Assembly (NCBI GenBank): GCA_031551775.1
Contig: JAVBND010000006.1
Span: 3,748 to 67,747, forward strand
Direction of reading: 5' to 3'
Length of the DNA: 64,000 bases
Source: Eubacteriales bacterium
GTDB lineage: Bacteria > Bacillota > Clostridia > Christensenellales > Aristaeellaceae
The position numbers and the translations under genes are program-made. The notes under the pieces are model-generated. The model saw nothing but the letters and a program-made list of their open reading frames with translations, did not search any database and was not told the DNA's origin. This document shows positions 55,628 to 64,000 of this stretch, one piece after another. The first letter of the stretch is position 1. Every line of letters starts with the position of its first letter.

Positions 55628-56869
55628 ATGGCAAACCAGAACGTGAACAAGACCCAGTCGGCTGGCGTTTCGGCATCGATGCAGACCTACTACGACAAGA
55701 AGATGATCATGGACATGAAGCCCAAGCTCGTGCATTACGAGTACGGGCAGAAGCGGCCGCTGCCGCTGGGCTCGGGCAAACTGGTGCAATTTCGCAAGTG
55801 GACGCCGTTTGCGGCGCAGACGGGCGCGCTGGAGGAGGGCGTGGTGCCCGACGGGCAGGCGCTCTCACTCACCGAGGTGAACGCTCAAATCAATCAATAC
55901 GGCGGGTATGTCGCGGTGAGCGACCTCTTGGACATGACGGCGCTTGACCCGGTGGTCAACGACAGCGTGGAACTGATGGCTGACCAAGGCGCGCTGACAA
56001 TCGATACCCTGACGCGCGAGGAGCTCGCCAAGGGCACCAACGTCATTTACGCCCAGGATGCGAGCGGCGTTCCCGCCAGCGGGCGCGCGGCGCTGACCGC
56101 AAAAAACAAGCTGACTTCGACCGAGCTTCGCAAGGCGGTGCGCCTGCTCAAGAAGAACAAAGCGCCCCAGTTCATGCGCGCGGGCAAGGGGTACTATGTG
56201 GCCATCGTCGGCCCCGACTCGGTTTACGACCTGCAGTCCGATCAGACGTGGCAGGACGTGAGCAAGTATCAGGAGAGCGAACAGATCTATTCCGGCGAAA
56301 TTGGGCGGCTGTTTGGCGTGATCGTGATCGAGACAAGCGAGGCACACTTCTTTCATCCTGCGGGTGAGATTGTAAGCGGGTACGCGACATTCACCACCGC
56401 CGCAACCGGCGCATACACCGCCGCGACGCCCTCGCTCTTGGTGAGCGCGAAGAACCTGACGGCGGATCAGCTTTCAAGACTTTCCGGTACCTACATCGTG
56501 GTTGGCGGCGAGCGCGCAAAGATCACCTCCGCGGCGGCGCACGCGACGCCTGCGAACGGAACCGTGCTGACGCTTGAAAATCCGCTTTCGGGGAGTGCCG
56601 CGAGCTACAATTCGGTGACGGTCTATCCCGACGGCGGCGGCGCGGACGGAAGCGACGTGGCTTCCACCCTGGTGCTCGGCAAGGACGCATACGGCGTAAT
56701 CGACCTTGAGGGCAAGAACGTGCGCGCCATCATCAAGAATCGAGGCAGCGCCGGTACCGCCGACCCGCTCGATCAAATCTCCACTGTCGGCTGGAAAGTG
56801 GCCGGGTTTGCCGCAAAGATTTTGCAGGACGCCTGGCTGGTGCGCATTGAGCATGGCTTCACGGCCTAG
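55628..56869 (+). CDS. Major capsid protein, N4-gp56 family (HK97 fold)
   Basis: QTYYDK, P.LVH...GQKRPLP...GK...FRK, LEEGV.PDG, QYGGYV..SD.LD.TA.DP, GEIGRLFGV..IET, G..DPLDQ.STVGWK. Confidence 0.9.
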   Translation: MANQNVNKTQSAGVSASMQTYYDKKMIMDMKPKLVHYEYGQKRPLPLGSGKLVQFRKWTPFAAQTGALEEGVVPDGQALSLTEVNAQINQYGGYVAVSDLLDMTALDPVVNDSVELMADQGALTIDTLTREELAKGTNVIYAQDASGVPASGRAALTAKNKLTSTELRKAVRLLKKNKAPQFMRAGKGYYVAIVGPDSVYDLQSDQTWQDVSKYQESEQIYSGEIGRLFGVIVIETSEAHFFHPAGEIVSGYATFTTAATGAYTAATPSLLVSAKNLTADQLSRLSGTYIVVGGERAKITSAAAHATPANGTVLTLENPLSGSAASYNSVTVYPDGGGADGSDVASTLVLGKDAYGVIDLEGKNVRAIIKNRGSAGTADPLDQISTVGWKVAGFAAKILQDAWLVRIEHGFTA

Positions 56870-56888
56870 GAAAGGAGGAGGGACTGAG

Positions 56889-57140
56889 ATGGTCAATACC
56901 ACGAACGGGGAAACGAAAAACCGCGCCATGTCGATGCATGAGATTGACCGCGCGTTTGAGGGCGTGGCGGGGGCATTGAAAAAAGCGCCGCGCGTTCGGA
57001 TCAAGCTCCCGCTGACCGGCAGCGGCGACGAGGTTGTGGAGCTTGGGTACAACGGGCGCATGTTCCTGATCAGGCGCGGCGAAACGGTCGAACTGCCAAC
57101 GCCCTTGGTCGAGGTGCTGGAGCGGGCTGGGGTACTGTAA
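56889..57140 (+). CDS. Small hypothetical virion-associated protein (83 aa)
   Basis: AGGAGGAGG RBS; V.LGYNG..FLIRRGETVELP..L.EVL motif; directly follows the capsid gene. Confidence 0.7.
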   Translation: MVNTTNGETKNRAMSMHEIDRAFEGVAGALKKAPRVRIKLPLTGSGDEVVELGYNGRMFLIRRGETVELPTPLVEVLERAGVL

Positions 57141-57146
57141 AACAAG

Positions 57147-57178
57147 AGGCGGGTCGGGTTTTCGCCCGGCCCGCCTTT
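57147..57178 (+). promoter_or_regulatory. Strong internal stem-loop separating head genes from tail/neck genes
   Basis: AGGCGGGTCGGG-ttttcg-CCCGGCCCGCCT (12 bp including one G-U), with only a short T run after it. Confidence 0.6.
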
Positions 57179-57195
57179 GGATAAGGAGGGACTTT

Positions 57196-57555
57196 ATGAC
57201 GCTGTCCGACATCAGGAGGCGCGCGCGCGAGCAGACCGGCGATCAGTATTCGATCGATGCCGGGGATGACGCATTGCTGAACGATTACATCAATGAGGGC
57301 AACGCGGCGTTATACGGAGAGTACCGGCCGGAGGGCCTTGAACGACTGGTTGGCGACGCGGATGAAAGCGGGTTGCCCGAACTCCATCACGGAGCGCTCG
57401 CCGACTACGCCAGCTGGCGCATGCTCAGCAACTGCGGATCCGGCGCGCAGCAACGCGCCCAATACTACTACATGCGTTTTCAACTCGCGTGCGTGCAGGT
57501 TTCGCGCCACTTCGAGCGCAGGGCACAGCTTAGGCGGCTCAGAAACAAGTTTTAG
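57196..57555 (+). CDS. Probable head-tail adaptor protein
   Basis: MTLSDIR..AR, LNDYINEG, LPELHH.ALADYA.WR pattern typical of podophage adaptors; gene position. Confidence 0.65.
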   Translation: MTLSDIRRRAREQTGDQYSIDAGDDALLNDYINEGNAALYGEYRPEGLERLVGDADESGLPELHHGALADYASWRMLSNCGSGAQQRAQYYYMRFQLACVQVSRHFERRAQLRRLRNKF

Positions 57556-57575
57556 GGAATGGGGAGGCGGCGGGG

Positions 57576-58949
57576 ATGGATATACGGATCGAGCGCTTCA
57601 TGGGCCTGAGCCAGAGCGTCGATGAGATGATCACGCCGGCGACGCACGCGGTTGAAGCCCAGAATGTCTCAACCGAGAGCGGGCGGCTGACGGTGGCGAG
57701 CGGATACCGAAGCTACGGCGCTGCGCAACTTTCAGGCGGCATAGGTACGCTTGCCGCGTTTTATCAGCGAAGCGAAGGCGTTTTGGCAAAGCGCCTGGTG
57801 GCGGTCAATCAGGAGCGGATTTCAACACTCTCGGATGGGACGTGGCGCACAATTTATGAAGGCGCAGGCAGCGAACGCGCAAGCCACATCAACTACCAGC
57901 AAAACGGCGAAGACATTTTGCTCATGGGAGATGGGGTGAGGCCTGTGCTCAAGTGGGACGGCGGCGAGCAGATGGTGGCGCTATCAGGATGCGAGCGGAA
58001 GTTTGGTCACCTGACGCTCCATTACGAGCGCGTGTGGGGCAGCGGCCTTCAGACCGAACCCGACGCGGTTTATTGGTCGCGCGCGTTTAACCCAGAGGAT
58101 TGGACAGGCGACGAGGACAACCCCGATGCGGGCGGCGGCGTGGTGCTCATTCCGACATGGAACGGCGGGAGCGTCAAGGCGATCAAGACGCTGTTCAACG
58201 ATGTGCTCGTGTTTAAGGACGATGATTTGTACAGGATTGTGGGCACCTATCCCGGCAACTATGAAGTGGCGCGCGTACATGGCGTGGTGGGACCGGTCGC
58301 GCCGATGAGCATTGCATGGGCGGCGGACGCCTGCTATTTTCTGGGCAGAAGCGGGCTGTGCGCGTACAACGGCGTGACTGTGTCGGGCGTTGGTGGCGGT
58401 GAGGTAAAAAGCGTGTTTGAGCGGGTCAACCCGCTCGCGGCAAACGGGGCGGTGAGCGCGATTTACCGCGACAAACTCTTTCTCGCGCTGGCGCTCGACG
58501 GGGCGCAAAGCAACAACGCCGTCCTCGAAGTGGACCTTAAGCGCGGCACGTACCTCATCAAGACGGGGCTTGAAGCGCGCTGCTTTTTGCCCTTTGACGA
58601 TGAGCTGCTCATGGCGGACGGGAGCGGACGGGTGTTCGTATATGGGGTCGGCGACACCTATGCGGGGCAAAAGATCGACGCGTTTTGGCGCGCGCCATGG
58701 CAAACCCTGAATGGAAAGCGAGGGCGCTTTGCGGAGCTGGCGATGTTTGCGAGCGGGACGATGGACATTGTGCTTGAAACCGACGAAAGCCGCGTGATGC
58801 GCCGCGTGCGCTTGGGCGAAAGAATGCGTCCGGTGCGCGTGCCGCTCGGAGGGCGGGGACGCAGGTACTGCCTTACCATCAAAAATGTGGACGGAGGACG
58901 GTTCACCGTTGCGCCGGGGCTGACGGTCTCGGTTGAAGAAGACGACTGA
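57576..58949 (+). CDS. Probable tail nozzle / packaged-DNA stabilisation protein (P22 gp10 / T7 tubular B-like, beta-rich)
   Basis: 457 aa beta-strand-rich; N-terminal F.GL, ERVW..G....VYWS....PEDW, VFK...Y.I.G, G.VAP.SI; follows the adaptor. Confidence 0.65.
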   Translation: MDIRIERFMGLSQSVDEMITPATHAVEAQNVSTESGRLTVASGYRSYGAAQLSGGIGTLAAFYQRSEGVLAKRLVAVNQERISTLSDGTWRTIYEGAGSERASHINYQQNGEDILLMGDGVRPVLKWDGGEQMVALSGCERKFGHLTLHYERVWGSGLQTEPDAVYWSRAFNPEDWTGDEDNPDAGGGVVLIPTWNGGSVKAIKTLFNDVLVFKDDDLYRIVGTYPGNYEVARVHGVVGPVAPMSIAWAADACYFLGRSGLCAYNGVTVSGVGGGEVKSVFERVNPLAANGAVSAIYRDKLFLALALDGAQSNNAVLEVDLKRGTYLIKTGLEARCFLPFDDELLMADGSGRVFVYGVGDTYAGQKIDAFWRAPWQTLNGKRGRFAELAMFASGTMDIVLETDESRVMRRVRLGERMRPVRVPLGGRGRRYCLTIKNVDGGRFTVAPGLTVSVEEDD

Positions 58950-58964
58950 AGGGAGCGGACAAAG

Positions 58965-59750
58965 ATGGCATCTGAATACTTTGGGCTTAAAGGCAAACTG
59001 GTCAAGGAGTACCAGCAAGTACTCAATGGCCTGGGCGCCAATGTCAAGGTGAACGGCAAGTGGAACAAGAAGACCGAGGCGGCCTTCAACCAATACCGCG
59101 ATCAATTCCTTGAGGCGATCGGGGTCAAGATCAAGGAGGCGGAGGCAAACCCCTACCAAATGATGGACTACGCCACACGGTCGGATGAAGAACTCAGTCA
59201 TGCTGCGCAAAACGCGTATGGATCGCTGTACGCGGGCGAAATCGAAGCGCTTGAGCGCGGCGCGCGCGATCAACAGGCGGCGCTTCAAGGTCAAATTGAC
59301 GCGCTGGAACCCGAGTATCAACAAAAGCTCGGCCAACTCGCCGAGCAATATGCCACCCAGCGACAGGCGCTTTCCGACCAGGCGCTATCGCGCGGGCTTG
59401 GCCGTTCCAGCTATGTGACTGATCTTTTTTCTGGCAGTCAAAAGCGCGAAATGAGCGACGGTCAAGCGCTGGCTTCGGCAACCGAAGCGCGCAAGCGGTC
59501 GCTGACCGATTCGATGACCAAGGTTACGGGCGATCTGGCGCACTCGACATCGCGCCTCTTAGGCGAGCGCGAATCGAAAATCCTTTCGGCCATCGACGAG
59601 TACAGAAAGGGCGAAAGCGACAAGAGCAATCAGGCGCTTCAGTACAACAATACCCTCCTCGCGCAGCACAGAACACAAACGGAGCAAACACGCCAGTTTG
59701 AACAGCAACTTAAGCAGGCCATGACCATTGCCAGAATGAAGAAAAAGTAA
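58965..59750 (+). CDS. Coiled-coil protein with an N-terminal peptidoglycan-binding (PG_binding_1-like) domain; probable internal/ejection protein
   Basis: GKLVKEYQQVLNGLG...VNGKWNKKTEAAFNQY resembles a PGBD; Q/A-rich helical body with SRGLGRSS. Confidence 0.55.
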   Translation: MASEYFGLKGKLVKEYQQVLNGLGANVKVNGKWNKKTEAAFNQYRDQFLEAIGVKIKEAEANPYQMMDYATRSDEELSHAAQNAYGSLYAGEIEALERGARDQQAALQGQIDALEPEYQQKLGQLAEQYATQRQALSDQALSRGLGRSSYVTDLFSGSQKREMSDGQALASATEARKRSLTDSMTKVTGDLAHSTSRLLGERESKILSAIDEYRKGESDKSNQALQYNNTLLAQHRTQTEQTRQFEQQLKQAMTIARMKKK

Positions 59751-59783
59751 TAATATACATAATGTTGCATAATATGCAAACAT

Positions 59784-59830
59784 GCGCGCCGTATGGAATG
59801 AACTGGATTTATTCCTCGCGGCGCGTCTTT
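59784..59830 (+). terminator. Possible terminator hairpin closing the virion module
   Basis: GCGCGCCG..GGAAT / ATTCC..CGGCGCGT interrupted stem followed by CTTT. Confidence 0.4.
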
Positions 59831-59966
59831 CCCTCAAATCTTTGGAAAAGAGCAACGCGGCGTGAATAAAAAATTTAAAAACCGCAAAGTTTTAACAAGC
59901 AAAAGGGTTGTATTCGATGATGCTGTGATGTATAATGATTGCATAAATTGATCGGAGGAAGTATCC

Positions 59967-60701
59967 ATGACAAAGATGAAAATGATCCTCTCCCTGATGC
60001 TATGCCTGATCCTCCTGACCGGAACTGCCTTTGCGAAGGATTTTGTCGTGGGCACCAACCCTGAGTTTCCGCCGTTTGAGTTTGTGGGCGACACCGGCGA
60101 GATTGAGGGAATTGACGCGGAAATCATTGCGGCGATCATTGAAAAGATGGATCCTTCCAATACCTGCGTAATCGAAGCGATGGAGTTTGATTCGCTGGTT
60201 CCCGCACTGGCGAGCGGCAAGATCGATGTGGCGATCGCGGGTATGTCGGTAACCGAAGATCGCATGAAGTCAGTTGACTTTACCAATCCTTACTTCGATG
60301 CCGTGCAGGCGATTATCGTTAAAGACGGCAGCGACATTAAAGGCGAAGCCGACCTTGAAGGCAAGAAGATCGGTGTGCAGATGGGCACCACGGGCGACCT
60401 ATATGTGACTGATACCGTAAACAATGCTGATATCCAGCGCTTCAGCAAGGGCATCGACGCTGTGCAGGATGTCATCAACGGTCGCCTTGACGCTGTCGTG
60501 ATTGATGCCGCGCCCGCCGCTGTATTTGCGTCGCAGGGACAGGGCCTGATCGTGTTGGGCGAGAAGCTCAACAGCGGTAACGAGCAATACGCCATCGCAT
60601 TGCCCAAGGGCAGTGAATACCTGGATGCGTTCAATGAAGCGCTTGCTTCGCTCAAAACGGACGGTACACTTGATGCGATCCTGGCCAAGTATCAAGGCTA
60701 A
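59967..60701 (+). CDS. Polar amino acid ABC transporter substrate-binding protein
   Basis: Signal peptide, VGTNPEFPPFEF, GMSVTEDR...VDFT.PY, GVQMGTTG. Confidence 0.93.
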   Translation: MTKMKMILSLMLCLILLTGTAFAKDFVVGTNPEFPPFEFVGDTGEIEGIDAEIIAAIIEKMDPSNTCVIEAMEFDSLVPALASGKIDVAIAGMSVTEDRMKSVDFTNPYFDAVQAIIVKDGSDIKGEADLEGKKIGVQMGTTGDLYVTDTVNNADIQRFSKGIDAVQDVINGRLDAVVIDAAPAAVFASQGQGLIVLGEKLNSGNEQYAIALPKGSEYLDAFNEALASLKTDGTLDAILAKYQG

Positions 60702-60724
60702 TTCAATAAAGCATTGAATGTCGC

Positions 60725-60754
60725 CAAGGGGCGGACCGAAGAGTCCGCCCCTTG
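60725..60754 (+). promoter_or_regulatory. Stem-loop after the binding-protein gene (likely mRNA stabiliser)
   Basis: CAAGGGGCGGAC-cgaaga-GTCCGCCCCTTG perfect 12-bp stem with no U tract. Confidence 0.6.
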
Positions 60755-60777
60755 CGCGGCGTAAAGGAGGTCCCCCT

Positions 60778-61488
60778 TTGGAGGCGATTTGGGCCTGGTT
60801 TCAATCGATCGGTACGCAATTTCAGTTCAACATCCTGGACGGCGACCGATACAAGATGCTGCTCGACGGCTTGGGCGTGACGCTTACGGTCGCGCTGTCG
60901 GCGGCTGTGATCGGCATGGCGTTGGGTTGCGCGGTTGCGCTGATGAGGCTATCGAACGCGCGCATAGGAAGGTGGTATTTCCTCAGGTGGATCTCAACCA
61001 TCTATGTGGACATCATCCGCGGTACACCCGTCGTTGTGCAACTTATGATCATGTACTTTATCATTCTGGTTCCGTTTAAGGATTTGAGCAAGACCACGGC
61101 GGCGATTCTCGCGTTTGGCCTCAACAGTGCGGCCTACGTCAGCGAGATGGTGCGCGGCGGGATTCTGGCCGTCGATAAGGGGCAAACCGAGGCGGGCCGT
61201 TCATTGGGCCTGAGCGGTGCATCGACCATGATTTTGATTGTGCTTCCGCAGATGATCAAGATCACGCTGCCTTCGCTGTTCAATGAATTCATCATGCTGC
61301 TCAAGGAAACATCGGTCGTGGGCTTTATTGGGCTGATGGATCTGACCAAGGCGGGCGACTACATCAAGAGCCGTACATACGAGCCCTTCTTTCCGTTGCT
61401 GGTCGTCGCGGCCATCTACCTCGTGATGGTGTTGGGCCTTACGAAGGTGTTCACGCGCATCGAGGGGAGGCTGAGGCAGGGTGATTAG
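60778..61488 (+). CDS. Polar amino acid ABC transporter permease
   Basis: [45 protein letters not shown] start after AAGGAGG. Confidence 0.93.
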   Translation: MEAIWAWFQSIGTQFQFNILDGDRYKMLLDGLGVTLTVALSAAVIGMALGCAVALMRLSNARIGRWYFLRWISTIYVDIIRGTPVVVQLMIMYFIILVPFKDLSKTTAAILAFGLNSAAYVSEMVRGGILAVDKGQTEAGRSLGLSGASTMILIVLPQMIKITLPSLFNEFIMLLKETSVVGFIGLMDLTKAGDYIKSRTYEPFFPLLVVAAIYLVMVLGLTKVFTRIEGRLRQGD

Positions 61489-62203
61489 CACAAAGGGATT
61501 GACCAAGGATTTCGGGCAGCTCAAGGTGCTGCGCGGCATCGACCAGCACGTCGCCAAAGGCGAGGTGGTGGTGGTCATCGGTCCGTCAGGGTCGGGAAAG
61601 AGCACATTCCTCAGGTGCTTGAACCTGCTCGAAAAGCCGAGCGGCGGGTCCATCATGTTCGACGGGCAGGAGATCACCGCGCGCGGCGTTGACATCGACA
61701 AGGTGCGCCGGAAGATGGGCATGGTGTTTCAGCAGTTCAACCTGTTTCCCCACAAAAAGGTCATCGACAACATCACGCTTGCGCCGGTGCATTTGAAGAT
61801 TCAAACCAAGGACGAAGCGCGGGAAAAAGCCATATCGCTTTTGAACCGTGTGGGCTTGATTGACAAGGCGGAAGCCTACCCGGCGCAACTGTCCGGCGGA
61901 CAGAAGCAGCGCATTGCCATCGTGCGCGCACTCGCGATGGACCCGGAGGTCATGCTGTTTGACGAACCCACGAGCGCGCTTGACCCCGAGATGGTGGGCG
62001 AAGTGCTTGACGTTATGAAGGCGCTGGCCAAGGATGGCATGACCATGGTCGTGGTCACACACGAGATGGGTTTTGCGCGCGAAGTGGGCGACCGCGTGCT
62101 GTTTATGGACGAAGGGATGGTCATTGAAGAAGGCACGCCCGATCAGATATTTTTACGTCCAAAGCACAAGCGCACGCAGGACTTCCTCAGCAAGCTTTTG
62201 TAA
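61481..62203 (+). CDS. Polar amino acid ABC transporter ATP-binding protein (GlnQ-like)
   Basis: [39 protein letters not shown]. Confidence 0.95.
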   Translation: MISTKGLTKDFGQLKVLRGIDQHVAKGEVVVVIGPSGSGKSTFLRCLNLLEKPSGGSIMFDGQEITARGVDIDKVRRKMGMVFQQFNLFPHKKVIDNITLAPVHLKIQTKDEAREKAISLLNRVGLIDKAEAYPAQLSGGQKQRIAIVRALAMDPEVMLFDEPTSALDPEMVGEVLDVMKALAKDGMTMVVVTHEMGFAREVGDRVLFMDEGMVIEEGTPDQIFLRPKHKRTQDFLSKLL

Positions 62204-62218
62204 AGCAAGGCAATCGGC

Positions 62219-62251
62219 GACGCCGCCCGGCACCAAACCGGGTGGCGTTTT
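62219..62251 (+). terminator. Intrinsic terminator
   Basis: GACGCCGCCCGG / CCGGGTGGCGTT stem followed by a T-rich tail. Confidence 0.7.
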
Positions 62252-62518
62252 GGCGTTTTGGTTTATTGCCGGATACCTTCTTCTGCGCACTCGATGCTGA
62301 GGGCGCATTTGTTATCGATCTTCGCTGAGCATGTGGCCTTCCGGCGAAGCGCCGTGTTTTTTCGCATCCGGCACGTGCTTTGCTGGAAAACTTAAATTAC
62401 GCTCGCGCCCTCGCGCTTGTTCGAAGGATGAAAGCGTGGTATAATAATATGGTTTAGCTTTATGTCAAATTTCGCGCCAAACGCGGTGCGGATTGGCATG
62501 ACTTGGGAGGACGCTCAT

Positions 62519-64000
62519 TTGAATTTCTCCGATAGAATCGACGCGCTGCTGGCGCGGGTAGAAAAACCGGTGCGGTACATGGGCGCGGAATTTGGATCCG
62601 TGATAAAGGACGCATCCAAGATAAACGTGCGCTACGCGTTCTTGTTTCCCGATACTTACGAGGTGGGCATGTCGCACCTAGGCATGAAGATCCTCTACGA
62701 CGCGATCAACCGCAGGGACGACGCTTGGTGCGAGCGCGTGTTCTCGCCGTGGGTGGACATGGAAGACGCCATGCGCGAAGATGGGGTGGAGCTCTTTTCG
62801 CTCGAATCAAGGACGCCGATCAATCGGTTTGACCTGCTTGGCGTGACACTCCAATACGAAATGAGTTATACCAACATCCTTTCAGCGCTCTCGCTTTCGG
62901 GGATACCCCTCAGGCAGGCGGAGCGAAACGGCGGCCCATTCGTAATCTGCGGCGGTCCCTGCGCGTTCAACCCCGAACCGCTTGCTGACTTTGTGGACTT
63001 TTTCGTGTTGGGGGATGGGGAAGAAGCGACGCTTGCGACCATAGATGCGTACAAGACGTGGAAGGCATCGGACGCGCCGCGCGAGGAATACTTGAAAGCG
63101 GTCGCGCGCATCCCGGGCGTCTATGTGCCGTCGCTGTACGACGTTTCTTACAATGACGACGGAACCATTCGAAGCATCTCGCCCAAGCCCGGAAGAGCGG
63201 CGCCCGCCGTTGTCAAAAAGGCGCTGGTGAACGACCTGACTGGCGCCGTGTATCCCGAAAACCTGATCGTGCCCTACGGAGATGTGGTGCACAACCGAAT
63301 CATGCTTGAGATATTCCGCGGTTGTACGCGCGGGTGTCGTTTTTGCCAGGCGGGCATGATCTACCGACCGGTCCGCGAGCGCTCGAAGGAAAAGCTGATG
63401 GAAATTGCGGACAAACTCGTGCGATCAACCGGATACGATGAGATTTCGCTCATGAGCCTGTCGAGCGGCGATTACTCCTGCCTGACAGAACTCGCGCGCG
63501 ACATGATGGAGCGCTTCTCAAAGCGCCGGGTCAAGATTTCGTTGCCATCGCTTCGGATTGATTCGCTGGTCAAGGATGCGCTCAACGAAACGCAGAAGGT
63601 CAGAAAGACCGCCTTGACGCTCGCGCCGGAGGCCGGAACACAGCGCCTGAGGGACGTGATCAACAAGGGCGTGACGGAAGAAGATTTATTGCGCAGCGTA
63701 AACGACGCGTTCGAATCAGGCTGGTCCGCCGTAAAGCTGTACTTCATGCTGGGTTTGCCCACCGAGACGGACGAGGACGTGGAGGGCATCGCCGACCTTG
63801 CGCGCAAAGTGCAGCAGTGCTATTTTGCCCGGCCCAAATCTGAGCGCGCACCGGGATTGCGCATCACGGTGAGCGCATCGGTGTTTGTGCCCAAGCCCTT
63901 CACTCCGTTTGAGTGGTCGGGACAGCTTGACCGCGAGACGGTTATCGCGCGCCAAATGAGGCTTAAGGCTGAACTGGGCAAGATCAAGGGCGTGGATTTT
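62519..64000 (+). CDS. TIGR03960-type B12-binding radical SAM protein, runs off the window end (absent from the ORF track)
   Basis: Manual translation from TTG 62519 (GGGAGG RBS): VEKPVRYMG.E, FPDTYEVGMSHLG, in-frame RGCTRGCRFCQAG (CxxxCxxC) at ~63317-63355. Confidence 0.9.
   Translation, partial: MNFSDRIDALLARVEKPVRYMGAEFGSVIKDASKINVRYAFLFPDTYEVGMSHLGMKILYDAINRRDDAWCERVFSPWVDMEDAMREDGVELFSLESRTPINRFDLLGVTLQYEMSYTNILSALSLSGIPLRQAERNGGPFVICGGPCAFNPEPLADFVDFFVLGDGEEATLATIDAYKTWKASDAPREEYLKAVARIPGVYVPSLYDVSYNDDGTIRSISPKPGRAAPAVVKKALVNDLTGAVYPENLIVPYGDVVHNRIMLEIFRGCTRGCRFCQAGMIYRPVRERSKEKLMEIADKLVRSTGYDEISLMSLSSGDYSCLTELARDMMERFSKRRVKISLPSLRIDSLVKDALNETQKVRKTALTLAPEAGTQRLRDVINKGVTEEDLLRSVNDAFESGWSAVKLYFMLGLPTETDEDVEGIADLARKVQQCYFARPKSERAPGLRITVSASVFVPKPFTPFEWSGQLDRETVIARQMRLKAELGKIKGVDF

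Larger units (their letters stand above)
53409..59750 (+). mobile_element. Phage-derived podovirus-type virion structural module without packaging, integration, replication or lysis genes (domesticated/GTA-like, or a prophage remnant)
   Basis: Seven contiguous co-oriented intact ORFs in portal-scaffold-capsid-adaptor-nozzle-ejection order, flanked directly by host genes. Confidence 0.8.

Noticed and set aside
55628-56869. Capsid gene as a classical encapsulin
   Set aside because: It is accompanied by portal, scaffold and neck/nozzle genes and has no adjacent cargo enzyme; its motifs match N4-gp56-type phage capsids
53409-59750. Complete inducible prophage or PICI-type satellite
   Set aside because: No integrase, terminase, replication, repressor or lysis genes and no att repeats were seen; host genes abut both sides

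Overview
A gene-dense, fairly GC-rich chromosomal window from a Firmicute, most likely a Clostridia-class anaerobe. That assignment rests on sigmaA TTGACA/TATAAT promoters, strong GGAGG RBSs, whiA, a YmaF-family gene, a THF riboswitch with folT and a TIGR03960-type radical SAM gene. Most of the window is housekeeping or metabolic: a sugar ABC/amidohydrolase/isomerase/LacI cluster, ltaE, an AlgI/AlgJ-like O-acetylation pair, murB-whiA, glgB, an ABC-2 exporter, a KdpD/E-like system with DUF1538 and PII-like genes, a fused-E1 2-oxoacid/acetoin dehydrogenase complex, a helD-to-rmuC operon, nadE, galE, a secreted FMN/FAD reductase and an amino-acid ABC transporter. The stand-out feature is an intact 7-gene, ~6.3 kb podophage-like virion module (53409-59750): portal, scaffold, N4-gp56-type major capsid, small protein, adaptor, nozzle-like protein, and a peptidoglycan-binding coiled-coil protein. 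It lies between two ordinary host loci. No terminase, integrase, repressor, replication, lysis or tail-fibre gene and no obvious att repeats were seen. It is preceded by tandem Spo0A-box-like repeats and has an internal hairpin just after the head genes. It is a candidate host-domesticated capsid system (GTA-like or a protein-delivery/nanocompartment particle). All family assignments come from motif recognition by eye; no database searches were run.
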